The notes beneath the pieces were generated by a model. That model was not told where the DNA came from. It searched no databases and saw only the letters and a list, made by a program, of their open reading frames with translations. A DNA stretch of 64,000 nt from the human T2T-CHM13v2.0 reference genome, Homo sapiens. A program made the position numbers and the translations under genes. The stretch lies in the NCBI RefSeq assembly GCF_009914755.1, contig NC_060947.1, one strand, 5' to 3'. Below are positions 1-12,396 of this stretch, in pieces (positions within the stretch are counted from its first letter, which is position 1; each line of letters opens with the position of its first letter).

Positions 1-269
1 AAGAATTAATTTTGAAAGACACTCATAGTATTTAGACAGACTTCTACAGACTGATAAGGGTAGAATAACACTAGTAAATAGGCGTTTAAAGATGGAAAGA
101 GATATTTTCCTAGAGTACATAAATTCTTTGAATGCATGAAAGTCCCTTGACCCAGCTGAAATACATTTGTTTATATAGTTATTCATTCAGTAAATATTTT
201 TTGAGCAACTACTATACTAGGCATTCTGAGATACTAAGGAATAAATATAAAGTTTGTCCTCAGGGAGGC

Positions 270-480
270 AGTATAGCATAGTAGTTAAAAACATAGAATA
301 AAATACATCTACTTCTGAAACATTGCTTCTCTCTTTACTAGTTACATGACCTTGAGCAAATTGCTTAAATATTATGTCTTAGATTTATCCTCCATCAAAT
401 AAGGATAATAATACCTATTTCATAGGATTTCTATGAAGAGTTAAATGAAAAAATGAAAGTACATAAAATACACACTGCTT
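270..480 (+). mobile_element. MIR SINE fragment
   Basis: Typical MIR core: ggcagtatagcatagtagttaa ... tgaccttgagcaaattgctta ... ataataatacctatttcatagg. Confidence 0.7.
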
Positions 481-1351
481 GCCATATAATAAATAATTTA
501 ATAAGTATTTTAAAGTCTTGTAGTGTAGAAATAGAAGTGTTCTTTTCTGCAATGTATTTTTTTCCTAAGAGTAGCATTTATCTGCTTTATAGTATATGTA
601 GTATATGACTCCATTCCAAAAACTTATAAATAGACTCTGCATTCACACATGATACTCTTGTCATAATTCTCAAGCTGTACAAGGTAGGGGGGAACAACTT
701 AGAATAAGTAGTGAGAAGATTAGTAAATGAAACTGATCAACAACTATTAGTAATCTTACTAAGAAGAATAAAAGAGAGTTCAGAAGACTGATGATGGAAG
801 AATATGATTTATTTATTTGAACATAAGAGTGGAAGTCTAAGAAAGATTCTAAATGTATTAAAAAGCACTTTGGAAAAAGAAATGGATGTTACTAAAAGTC
901 AATGTGGATTCACTAAGAATGTATTATGCGAAACCAGTGTTACTCAAACTGGTGTCCCTCAGAATACTAAATGTTAATAGAATGGTGCTGGAATTAAAAA
1001 ATCTGTTCTATGGCTAAATAAATATGGGAAACAGGTATTTAGCAAAGTATTTGAACACAGAACAATTCTATTTGTGTGTGTGTGTGTGTGTGTATGTGTG
1101 TATTACTTATCATTATTCTAGACTAACGGCCTATGAAATATAGTTTTGGTTAACTATAGTTTTAAGTTAATTTTCTTTATTTGTAGAGTTACGAGACTTG
1201 TGGAAAGGAAAATAAACAATCATGTTTTATTTTAATTTTTATAAGGAGTTTGAAGAAATTTCATAAATGTAAGATGAAAACATGTCTTCAGGATCACTTA
1301 AATATATTGATTCCATAACCCTTAAATAAATTTTGAAAATTTATATATCCC

Positions 1352-1497
1352 AGAGGCTCCTCAGCCGCATGCCAAGCAGTCAATCGCCTTAGCTCCCGCA
1401 GCCTGTGCTCCCAACTCTGTGGCTCCACCCGCTATTGTAGGCCAATAATCTGTTATGGAGCATGCCTTTACCCCGTTGGAGCCCCTGCTTTCCACTG
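1352..1497 (+). pseudogene. TPK1: Retroposed TPK1 (thiamin pyrophosphokinase 1) 5'UTR and first 43 coding nt, 5'-transduced with an L1
   Basis: GC-rich segment starting right after the 5' TSD; ATG 1455 encodes MEHAFTPLEPLLST(G), matching the recalled human TPK1 N-terminus; the match stops after c.43. Confidence 0.85.
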
Positions 1498-1551
1498 AAG
1501 TGCCTTCACCTTCTGCCATAATTGTGAGGCCTCTCCCAGCTACATGGAACT
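1498..1551 (+). mobile_element. 54-nt exonised THE1/MaLR LTR fragment inside the chimeric retrocopy
   Basis: aagtgccttcaccttctgccataattgtgaggcctctcccagctacatggaact matches the THE1 LTR 3' part and ends where intact LTRs continue GT(G/A)AGT (compare 22681-22712 in this window). Confidence 0.8.
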
Positions 1552-3093
1552 ATGGCCGAATAGGAACAGCTCCAGTCGGCAGATCCCAGCATGATCGACC
1601 CAGAACACGGGTGATTTCTGCATTTCCAACTGAGCTCTGAAGAGAGCAGTGGTTCTCCCAACATGGTGTTTGAGCTCTGAGAATGGACAGACTGCCTCCT
1701 CAAGTGGGTCCCTGACCCCTGTGTAGCCTAACTGGGAGACACTTCCCAGTAGGGGCCGACAGACACCTCATATAGGTGGGTGCCCCTCTGGGAGGAAGCT
1801 TCCAGAGGAAGGATCAGCCAGCAATATTTGCTGTTCTGCAACCTCCGCTGGTGATAGCCAGGCAAACAGGGTCTGGAGTGGACCTCCAGCAAACGCCAAC
1901 AGACCTGCAGCAGAGGGGCCTGACTGTTAGAAGGAAAGCTAACAAACAGAAAGGAATAGCATCAACATGAACAAAAAGGACATCTACACCAAAACCCCAT
2001 CTGTAGGTCACCAACATGAAAGACCAAAGGTAGCTAAAACCACAAAGATAGGGAGAAACCAGAGCAGAAAAGTTGAAAATTCTAAAAATCAGAGGAGCAC
2101 CTCCTCTCCTCCAAAGGATCACAGTTCCTCACCAGCAACGGAGCAAAGCTGGACGGAGAATGACTGATGAGTTGACAGAAGTAGGCTTCAGAAGGTTGGT
2201 AATAACAAACTTCTCCGAACTAAAGGAGCATGTTTGAACCCATTGCAAGGAAGCTAAAAACCTTGAAAAAAAGGTTAGACGAATGGCTAACTAGAATAAA
2301 CAGTGTAGAGAAGACCTTAAATGACCTGATGGAGCTGCAAACCATGGCATGAGAACTTCGTGACACATGCACATGCTTCAGTAGCCAATTTGAAAAGTGG
2401 AAGAAAGGCTATCAGTGACCAAAGATGAAATTAATGAGATAAAATGAGAAGACAAAGAGGAAAAAGAGTAAAAACAAACGAACAAAGCCTCCAAGAAATA
2501 TGGGACTATGTGAAAAGACCAAATCTACATTTGATTGGTGTACCTGAAAGTGTCAGGGAGAATGGGACCAAGTTGGAAAACACTCTGCAGGATATTGTCC
2601 AGGAGAACTTCCCCAACCTAGAAAGACCTAGAAAGACAGGCCAACATTCAACTTCAGGAAATACAGAGAACACCACAAAGATACTCCTCGAGAAGAGTAA
2701 GAGCAAGACACATAATTGTCAGATTCACCAAGGCTGAAATAAAGGAAAAAATGATAAGGGTAGCCAGGGAGGAAGGTCGAGTTACCCACAAAGGGAAGCC
2801 CATCAGACTAACAGCGGATCTCTCAGAAGAAACCCTACAAGCCAGAAGAGACTGGAGGCCAATATTCAACATTCTTAAAGAACTAATACATGTTCTAAGA
2901 TTACATTTACTAATTTAATAAATGTACTAAAATATTAAAAAAAAATTTCAACCCAGAATTTCATATTCAGCCAAACTAAGCTTCATAAGTGAAGGAGAAA
3001 TAAAATCCTTTACAGACAAGCAAATGCCAAGAGATTTTGTCACCACCAGGCTCAAAATAAAGGGATGGAGGAAGATCTACCAAGCAAATGGAA

Positions 3094-3128
<35 letters not shown>

Positions 3129-6100
3129 AGTGGTTGCAATCCTAGTCTCTGTTAAAACAGATTTTGAACCAACAAAGATCAAAAGAGATAAAGAAGGCCA
3201 TTACATGATGGTGAAGGGATTAATTCAACAAGAAGAGCTAACTATCCTAAATATATATGTACCCAATACAGGAGCACCCAGATTCATAAAGCAAGTCCTT
3301 AGAGACCTACAAAGAGACTTAGACTCACACACAATAATAATGGGAGACTTTAACACCCCAGTGGCAGTACTAGACAGATCAATGAGAAAGAAGGTTAACA
3401 AGGATATCCAGGGCTTGAACTCAGCTCTGCACCAAGCAGACCTAATAGACATCTACAGAACTCTCCACCCCAAATCAACATAATATACATTTTTCTCAGC
3501 ACCACATCACACTTATTCCAAAATTGACCACATAATTGGAAGAAAAACACTCCTCAGCAAATGTAAAAGAACAGAAATCACAACAAACTGTCTCTCAGAC
3601 CACAGTGCAAGCAAATTAGAACTCACGATTAAGAAACTCACTGAAAACTGCACAGCTTCATGGAAACCGAACAACTTGCTCCTGAGTGACTACTGGGTAT
3701 GTAATGAAATGAAGGCAGAAATAAAGATGTTCTTTGAAACCAATGAGAACAAACACACAACATACCAGAATCTCTGGGACACTTTTAAAGCAGTGTGTAG
3801 AGGAAAATTTATAGCACTAAATGCCCATAAGAGAAAGCAGGAAAGATCTCAAATCGACACCCTAACATCACAACTGAAAGAACTAGAGAAACAAGAGCAA
3901 ACACATTCAAAAGCTAGCAGAAGGCAAGAAATAACTAAGATCAGAGCAGAATGGAAAGAGATAGAGACACAAAAAACCCTTAAAAAATCAATGAATCCAT
4001 GAGCTGGTTTTTTGAAAAGATCAACAAAATTGATAGTTAGCAAGACTAATAAAGAAGAAAAGAGAGAAGAATCAAATAGATGCAATAAAAAAGGATAAAG
4101 GGGATATCACCACCGATCCCACAGAAATACAAATTACCCTCAGAGAATACTATAGACATCTCTACGCAAATAAACTAGAAAATCTACAACAAATGGATAA
4201 GTTCCTGGACACATACACCCTTCCAAGACTAAACCAGGAAGAATTTGAATCTCTGAATAGACCAAAAACAGGCTCTGAAATTGAGGCAATAATTACAACC
4301 ATAAAAAGTCCAGGAACAGATGGATTCACAGCCGAATTCTACCAGAGGTACAAAGAGGAGCTGGTACCATTCCTTCTGAAACTATTCCAATCAATAGAAA
4401 AAGAGGGAATCCTTGCTAACTCATTTTGTGAGGCCAACATCATCTTGATACCAAAGCCTGGTAAAGACACAACAAAAAAAGGGAATTTTAGACCAACATC
4501 CCTAATGAATATAGATGAGAAAATCCTCAAGAAAATACTGGCAAACTGAATCCAGTAGCACATCAAAAAGCTTATCCACCACAATCAGGACTGCTTCATC
4601 CCTGGGATGCAAGGCTGGTTCAAAATACACAAATCAATAAGCATAATCAATCACATAAACAGAACCAATGACAAAAACCACATGGTTATTTCAATAGATG
4701 CAGAAAAGGCCTTCGACAAAATTCAACAGCTCTTCATGCTAAAAACTCTCAATAAACAGGGTATTGATGGGACGTATCTCAAAATAATAAGAGCTATTTA
4801 TGACAAACCCACAGCCAATATAATACTGAATGGACAAAAACTGGAAACATTCCCTTTGAAAACCGGCACAAGACAAGGATGCCCTCTCTCACCACTCCTA
4901 TTCAACATAGTGTTGGAAGTTCTGGACAGGGCAATCAGGCAAGAGAAAGAAATAAAGTGTATTCGATTAGGAAAAGAGGAAGTCAAATTGTCCCTGTTTG
5001 CACATGACATGATTGTATATTTGGAAAACCCCATCGTTTCAGCCCCAAATCTCCTTAAGCTGATAAGCAACTTCAGCAAAGTCTCAGGATACAAAATCAA
5101 AGTGCAAAAATCACAAGCATTCTTATACACCAATAACAGACAAACAGAGAGCCAAATCATGAGTGAACTCCCATTCACAATTGCTAAAAAGAGAATAAAA
5201 TACCTAGGAATCCAACTTACAAGGGATGTGAAGGACCTCTTCAAGGAGAACTACAAACCACTGCTCAATGAAATAAAAGAGGACACAAACAAATGGAAAA
5301 ACATTCCATGCTCATGGATAGGAGGAATTAATATCGTGAAAGTGGCCATACTGCCCAAGATAATTTATAGATTCAATGCCATCCCCATCAAGATACCAAT
5401 GACTTTCTTCACAGAATTGGAAAAAACTACTTTAAAGTTCATGTGGAACCAAAAAAGAGCACGCATTGCCCAGACAATCCTAAGCAAAAAGAAAAAAGCT
5501 GGAGGCATCATGCTACCTGACTTCAAACTATACTACAAGGCTACAGTAACCAAAACAGCATAGTACTGGCACCAAAGCAGATATATACACCAATGAAACA
5601 GAATAGAGGCCTCAGAAATAGCACCACACATCTACAACCATCTGATCTTTGACAAACCTGACAAAAACAAGAAATGGGGAAAGGATTCCCTATTTAATAA
5701 ATGGTGCTGGGAAAACTGGCTAGCCATATGTAGAAAGCTGAAACTGGATCTCTTCCTTACACCTTATACAAAAATTAATTCAAGATGGATTAAAGACTTA
5801 AATGTTAGACCTAAAACCATAAAAACCCTAGAAGAAAACCTAGGCATTACCATTCAGGACACAGGCATGGGCAAGGGCTTCATGTCTAAAACACCAAAAG
5901 CAATGGCAACAAAAGCCAAAATTGACAAACGGGATCTAATTAAACTAAAGAGCTTTTGCACAGCAAAAGAAACTACCATCAGAGTGAACAGGCAACCTAC
6001 AGAATGGGAGAAAATTTTTGCAATCTACCCATCTGATGAAGGCCTAATATCCAGAATCTACAAAGAACTCAAACAAATTTACAAGAAAAAAACAACTCCA

Positions 6101-6945
6101 TCAAAAAGTGGGCAAAGGATATGAACAGGCACTTCTCAAAAGAAGACATTTATGCAGTCAACAGACACCAGAAAAAATGCTCATCATCACTGGCCGTCAG
6201 AGAAATGCAAATCAAAACCACAGTGAGATACCATCTTGTGCCAGTTAGAATGACAATCATTAAAAAGTCAGGAAACAACGGATGCTGGAGAGGATATGGA
6301 GAAATAGGAACACTTTTACACTGTTGTTGGGAGTGTAAATTAGTTCAACCATTGTGGAAGACAGTGTGGTGATCCCTCAAGGATCTAGAACTAGAAATAT
6401 CATTTGACCCAGCAATCCTATTACTGGATATATACCCAAAGGATCACAAACTATGCTACTATAAAGACACATGCACACGTATGTTTATTGCAGCACTATT
6501 CACAATAGTAAAGACTTGGAACTAACCCTAATGTCCATCAATGATAGACTGGATTAAGAAAATGTGGCACATGTACACCATGGAATACTATGCAGCCATA
6601 AAAAGGATGAGTTCATGTCCTTTGTAGGGACATGGATGAAGCTGGAGACCATCATTCTCAGCAAACTATCACAAGGACAGAAAACCAAACACTGTATATT
6701 CTCAGTCGTAGGTGGGAATTGACCACTGTGATCAGTTGGACACAGGGCGGGGAACATCACACACAGGGGCCTGTCAGGGGTGGGGCCTGGGGGAGGGATA
6801 GCATTAGGAGATATATCTAATGTAAACAACGAGTTGATGGGTGCAGCAAACCAACATGGCACATGTATACCTATGTATCAAACCTGCACATTGTGCACAT
6901 GTACCCTAGAAGTTACAGTATAATAAAAAAACATTAAAAAGAGAC
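1552..6945 (+). mobile_element. Near-full-length L1PA (L1PA6/7-like) with spliced 5'UTR and disrupted ORF1/ORF2
   Basis: L1 5' end atggccgaataggaacagctcc; ORF1 remnants (EQSLQEIWDYVKRPNL); ORF2 EN/RT/C-terminal fragments (3088-6372); 3'UTR and A-rich tail; TSD AATTTATATATCCC at 1338-1351 and 6946-6959. Confidence 0.95.
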
Positions 6946-8090
6946 AATTTATATATCCCTTCACACATCTTTAACACCAAACCTTATTCATTATTAATTA
7001 AAATTTAAATTATTTTTAAATTTTTTGGTTTTTTATTTATTTTTTATTTGTGTGGGTACATAGTATGTGCATATATTTATCGGTTACGTGATATATTTTG
7101 ATACAGACATGCAATGCATAATAATCATATTGGTGTAAATGGGGTATCCATCACCTCAAGTATTTATCCTTTGGTTACAAGCTATCCAATTATACTCTTT
7201 CAGTTTTTGAAAAAGGTATAATTATTTTTTACCATAGTCACACTGTTGTGCTAGCAAATACTAGGTCTTATTCATTCTTTCTGTTTTTTGAACCCATTAA
7301 CCATCCCAACTTCTCTCTGTCTAGCCACTACCCTTCCCAGCATCTGGTAACCATCATTCTAGTTTTTATCTTCATGAGTTCAATTGTTTTAATTTTTAAC
7401 ACCCACAAATAAGTGAGAATGTGTGATGTTTGTCTTTCTGTGCCTGGCTTATTTTATTTAATATAATGACCTACAGTGCCATCTATGTTGTTGCAAAGGA
7501 AAGGATCTCATTCTTTTTTATGACTGAATAGTAGTCAGTTGTGTATATGTACTACAATATCTTCATTCATTTGTTGACAGACCCTTAGGTTGCTTCCAAA
7601 TCTTGGCTATTGGGAATAGGGCTGTAATAAACATGAGAGTACAGATATCTCTTCGATATACTGATTTCCTTTCTTTTTGGCTATATACCTAGGAGTGGGA
7701 TTGCTGGATCATATGGTAGCTCTATTTTTAGTTTTTTGAGGAACTTCCAAACTGTTCTTTATAGTGGTTGTACTCACTTACATTACTACCAACAGTGTAT
7801 GTGGGTTCCCGTTTCTCCACATCCTTGCCAGCATCTGTTATTGCCGGTCTTTGGATAAAAGCCATTTTAACTGGGGTGAGATGATATATCATTGCGGTTT
7901 TGATACGCATTTCTCTGATGAGCAATGATGTTGAGTGTCTTTTCATATATCTGTTTATCATTTTTATGTCTTCATTTGAGAAATCTCTATTCAAATCTTT
8001 TGTCTATTTTTGAATTGGATTATTAGGCATTTTCCTACAGAACTGTTTGAGCTCCTTATATATTCTGGTTATAAATTCCTTGTCAGATGG

Positions 8091-10227
8091 TGACATGGTT
8101 TGGTTCTGTGTCCCCACCCAAATCTCATGTTCAATTGTAATTCCCAATGTTGGAAGTGGGGCCTGGTGGCAGGTGAATTGGTCATGGGGTGATTTCTCAT
8201 GGTTTAACTCCGTCCCCATTGGAGCTGTTGTTGTGATAATGAATTCTTGTGATATCTGGTTGTTTAAAAGTGTGTGGCACCCCCCACCCCAAGCTTCCTT
8301 GGTCTTGCTCCTGCCATGTAAGACACCTGTTTCTGATTTGCCTTCTGCCATGAGTAAAAGCTCCCTGAGGCCTTCCCAGAAGTAGATGCTGCTATGCTTC
8401 CTGTATGCCTGCCTGTGTATATGTACCACAATTTCTTTATCCATTAATAAGCCAATTAAACCTCATTGCTTTATAAATTATCCAGTCTCAGGTATTCTTT
8501 ATAGCAGTGTGTGAATTGGCTAATATGACAAATTGGTATCAAGGAGTGTGGCATTGCTATAAAGATACCTGAAATTGTAGAAGTGGAACTGGGTAATGGG
8601 AACTGGGTAATGGGCAGAGGTTGGAAGAGTGTGGAAGGCTCAGAAGAAGACAGGAAGATGAGGGAAAGTATGTAACTTCCTAGAGACTGGTTGAATGGTT
8701 ATGACCAAAATGCTGATAGTGATATGGACAGTGAAGGCCAGTCTCAGGAGGTCTCAGATGAAGATAAGAAACGTATTGGTCACTTCTGTTATGAGATGAT
8801 TTAGGGTATCTGATGGAAGAAATTTCTAAGCAGCAAAGAAATGAACTGAAACTGGAACTTATATTTAAAAGGGAAGCAAAGCATAAAAGTTTGGAAAATT
8901 TGCAGCCTGGTCATGTGGTAAAAAAGAAAAGGCCATTTTCAGAGGAGGAATTCAAGCTGGCTGCATAAATTTGCATAACTAAGAGAAAAGCAAGTGCTGA
9001 TAGCCAAGACAATGAAAAAAAAAATGCCTTGAAAGCATTTCAGAGACTTGCTTGGCAGCTCCTTCCATCACAGGCCTGGAGGCCTAGGAGGGAAGAATCA
9101 TTTCCTGAGCCAGACCCAGGGCCCCGCTGCCCTGTGCAGCCTCAGGAGACTGCTTTCTGTATCCCAGCTGCTCCAATCCCAGCTATGGCTAAAAGGGGCC
9201 CAGATGCAGCTTGGGTCACTGCCTCAGAGGGTGAAAGCCATAAGCCATGGTGGCTTCCATGTTGTATTAAGCCTGTGGGTGTGCAGAGTACAACAGTTGA
9301 GGCTTGGGAGCCTACATCTGGATTCCAGAAGATGTATGGAAAAGCTTGGATGCCCAGGCAGAAGCTGCTGCAGGGGTGGAGCCCTCATGGAGAACCTCTG
9401 CTAGGGCAGCATGGAGGGGAAATGAGGGGTTGGAGCAGTGTTGCACCAGTGTGCCCTGGATGTGAGACATTGGTGTCAAAGATTATTTTGGAGATTTAAG
9501 ATGTAATAAATTTCTTTCTGGGTTTCAGACTTGTGTGGGGCCTGTAGTCCCTTATTTTGGATGATTTCTCCCTTTTGAAACAGGAGTGCTTATTAAATGC
9601 CTATATTGCTGTTGTATCTTGGAAGTAACTAACTTGTTTTTTATTTTACAGGCTCTTAGGTGGAAAGGACTTGCCTTGTCTCAAATGAGACTTTGAAATT
9701 TGGACTTTTGAGTTAATGCTGGAATGAGTTAAGACTGTGAGGGCCTGTTGGGAAGGCCTGATTGTATTTTGCAGTTTGAGAAAGAAATGAGTTTTGGGAG
9801 GGGCCGGGGTGGAATGATATGGTTTGGATCTTTGTCTTCACCCAAGTTTCATATTCAATTGTAATAGCCAATGTTGGAGAAGGGGCCTGATGGGAGATGA
9901 CTGGATTATGGGGGCAGTTTCTCATGGTTTAATACCATCCCTCCTGGAGCTGTCATCACAATAGTAATTATTGTGAGAACTGGTTGTTTAAAAGTGTATA
10001 GTACCTTCTGCCCCCTTGCTCCTGCTCTGGCCAAGTAAGACATGCTTGCTTCCCTTTTGCCTTTCTCAATAATTGAAAGTTTCCTGAGACCTTCCCAGAA
10101 ACTGAGCAGATGCCAGAATCATGCTTCCTGTATGGCCTTCAGAACTGTGAGCCAATTAAACCTCTTTTAAAACAAATTACCCCGTCTCACATATTTCTTT
10201 ATAGCAGTGTTAGAACTGAGTAATGCA
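8091..10227 (+). mobile_element. MaLR (MST-type) provirus: LTR 8091-~8527, internal region, LTR 9815-10227
   Basis: Both LTRs start TGA(C/T)ATGGTTTGG and end near ttatagcagtg..taat(g)ca; MaLR-int sequence between; 5-bp TSD gatgg (8086-8090) / ggtgg (10228-10232) splits the L1 motif tcagatgg|gtagttt. Confidence 0.9.
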
Positions 10228-12396
10228 GGTGGGTAGTTTACAAATATTTTCTCCCACTGGGTGGGTTGTCTCTTCATTTTATTGATTTTTTTTTTTTGTT
10301 TTGCTTTGTTTTGTCTTTGTTTTTGTTTTTTGCTGTGCAGAAGCTTTTTAACTTGATTTGATATCATCTGTCAACTTTTGCTATGGTTTCCTATGCTTGT
10401 GGGTTATTACTCAAAGAGATCTTTGCCTAGTCCAATGTCCTGGAGAGTTTCCCCAATGTTTTCTTTCAGTAGTTTCTTAGTTTTATACCTTAGGTGAAGT
10501 CTTTAATCCATTTTGAATTGATTTTTCTATGTGGCAAGAGAGCGGGACCTAGTTCCATTCTTCTGAGAATGAGTATCCAGTTTTCTCAACACCATTTATT
10601 AAAGTGACTTTCTTTTCCCCAGTGTATGTTTTTGGCACCTTTGCTGAAAATGAGTTCACTTTAGGTGTGTGAATTTGTTTCTGGTTTCTCTATTCTGCTC
10701 CATTGGTCTGTGTGTCTGTTTTTATGGTGTTACCATGCTGTTTTAGTTACTATAGCTCCGTAATATAATTTGAAGTCAGGTATGTGATTCCTCCAGTTCT
10801 GTTCTTTTTCTTAGAATAGCTTTGGCTATTCTGGGTTTACTGTGGTTCCATACAAATTTTTAGATTTTTGTTCTGTTAAGAATGTCATTGTTACATTGAC
10901 AGATATTACATTGAATTTGTAGATTGCTTGGGTGCTATGAATATTTTAACAATATTAATTCTTCCCATTCATGATTGTGGAATACCTTTCCAATTTTTTC
11001 TTTTCTTCAATTTCTTACATCAATGTTTTATAGTTTTTATTGTAGAGATCATTCACTTCTTTGATTAAGTTAATTCCCAGTTATTTTATTTTATTTGTAG
11101 CTACTGCAAATGGGGTTACTTTCTTGACTTATTTTTCAGATTGTTTTCTGTTGCCATATGGAAATGCTAGCAGTTATTATATGTTGATTTTGTATCCTGC
11201 AACTTTACTGAATTTGTATATTAGTTCTAATAGCTCTTTGGAGGAGATTTTAGGTTTTATCAAATATAAGATTACATCATCTGCAAACAAGGATAATTTT
11301 ATTTTTCTTTTCCAATTTGGGTACCCTTTATTTGTTCCTCTTTTCTGATTACTCTAACTAGGACTTCCAGTACTATGCTGAATATCAATGGCAAAAGTTG
11401 GCACCCTTGTCATGCTCTTGATCTTAGAGAAATGACTTTCAGTTTTTCCTCATTAAGTATGATACTAACTATGGGTCTGTCATACATGGCTTTTACTATG
11501 TAAAGGTATGTTGCTTCTATTCCCAGTTTTTTTAGGGTTTTTATCATGAAGGGATGTTGGATTTTTTTCAAATGCTTTTTTAGCATCAATTGAAATAATC
11601 ATATGATTTTAGTCTTTCATTCTCTTTATATGATGTATAACAATAATTGATTTGCATATCTTGAACTATCCTTCAATTAATGGGATAAATCCTACTTGGT
11701 GATCATGAATGATATTTTTAATGTGTGATTGAATTCAGTTTGGAAGTATTTTGTTGAGTATTTTTGTGTCAATATTCAACAAAGATATTCACCTATAGTT
11801 CTCCTTTTTTGATGTGTCTTTGTTTTTTTGTATCAGAGCAATACTGGCCTCATAGAATGAATTTAAAAGTGTCCCCTCTTCTTCTATGTTTCACAATAGT
11901 GTGAGTAGGTTGGTATTAATTCTTCTTTATATGTTTGGTGGAATTCAGCAGTGAAACCATTGGGTGCCAGGCTTTTCTTTACTAAAAATCTTTCTATTAC
12001 GGCTTCAATCTCATTAGTTGTTACTGATCTGTCCAGGTTTTGGATTTATCCATGGTTCAACCTTGGTAACTTGTATTTGTGTAGGAATTCATCCATTTCT
12101 TCTAGATTTTCCAATTGGCATATGGTTGCTTACAGTAGCCACTAATGATCCTTTGAAATTCTTCAGTATCAATTGAAATGTCACATATTTCAACATTGAT
12201 TTTATTTGGGTCTTCTCTCTTTTTCAGAATTAGTTTGACTAAAGGTTTGTTAATTTATCTTTTCAGAACACCAACTTTCTGTTTCATTGATCTTTTGTAT
12301 TATTTTGTTCATTTCATATTTATTAATTTCAGCTCTGATATCATTTCTTTGAATAATTTTGTGTTTTGTTTGCTCTTGCTTTTCTAGTTCTTTGAC

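Noticed and set aside
3096-3126. Long A run suggesting an internal poly(A) tail
   Set aside because: Lies at the normal A-rich spot in the L1 EN domain; slippage expansion, no TSD
4607-5563. 318-aa reverse transcriptase ORF (and the 276-aa one at 24404-25234) as a functional or novel RT system
   Set aside because: Fragments of decayed L1 ORF2 flanked by stops and frameshifts, with the catalytic FADD changed to FAHD
9029-9499. 156-aa ORF
   Set aside because: Within decayed MaLR internal sequence; no evidence of domestication
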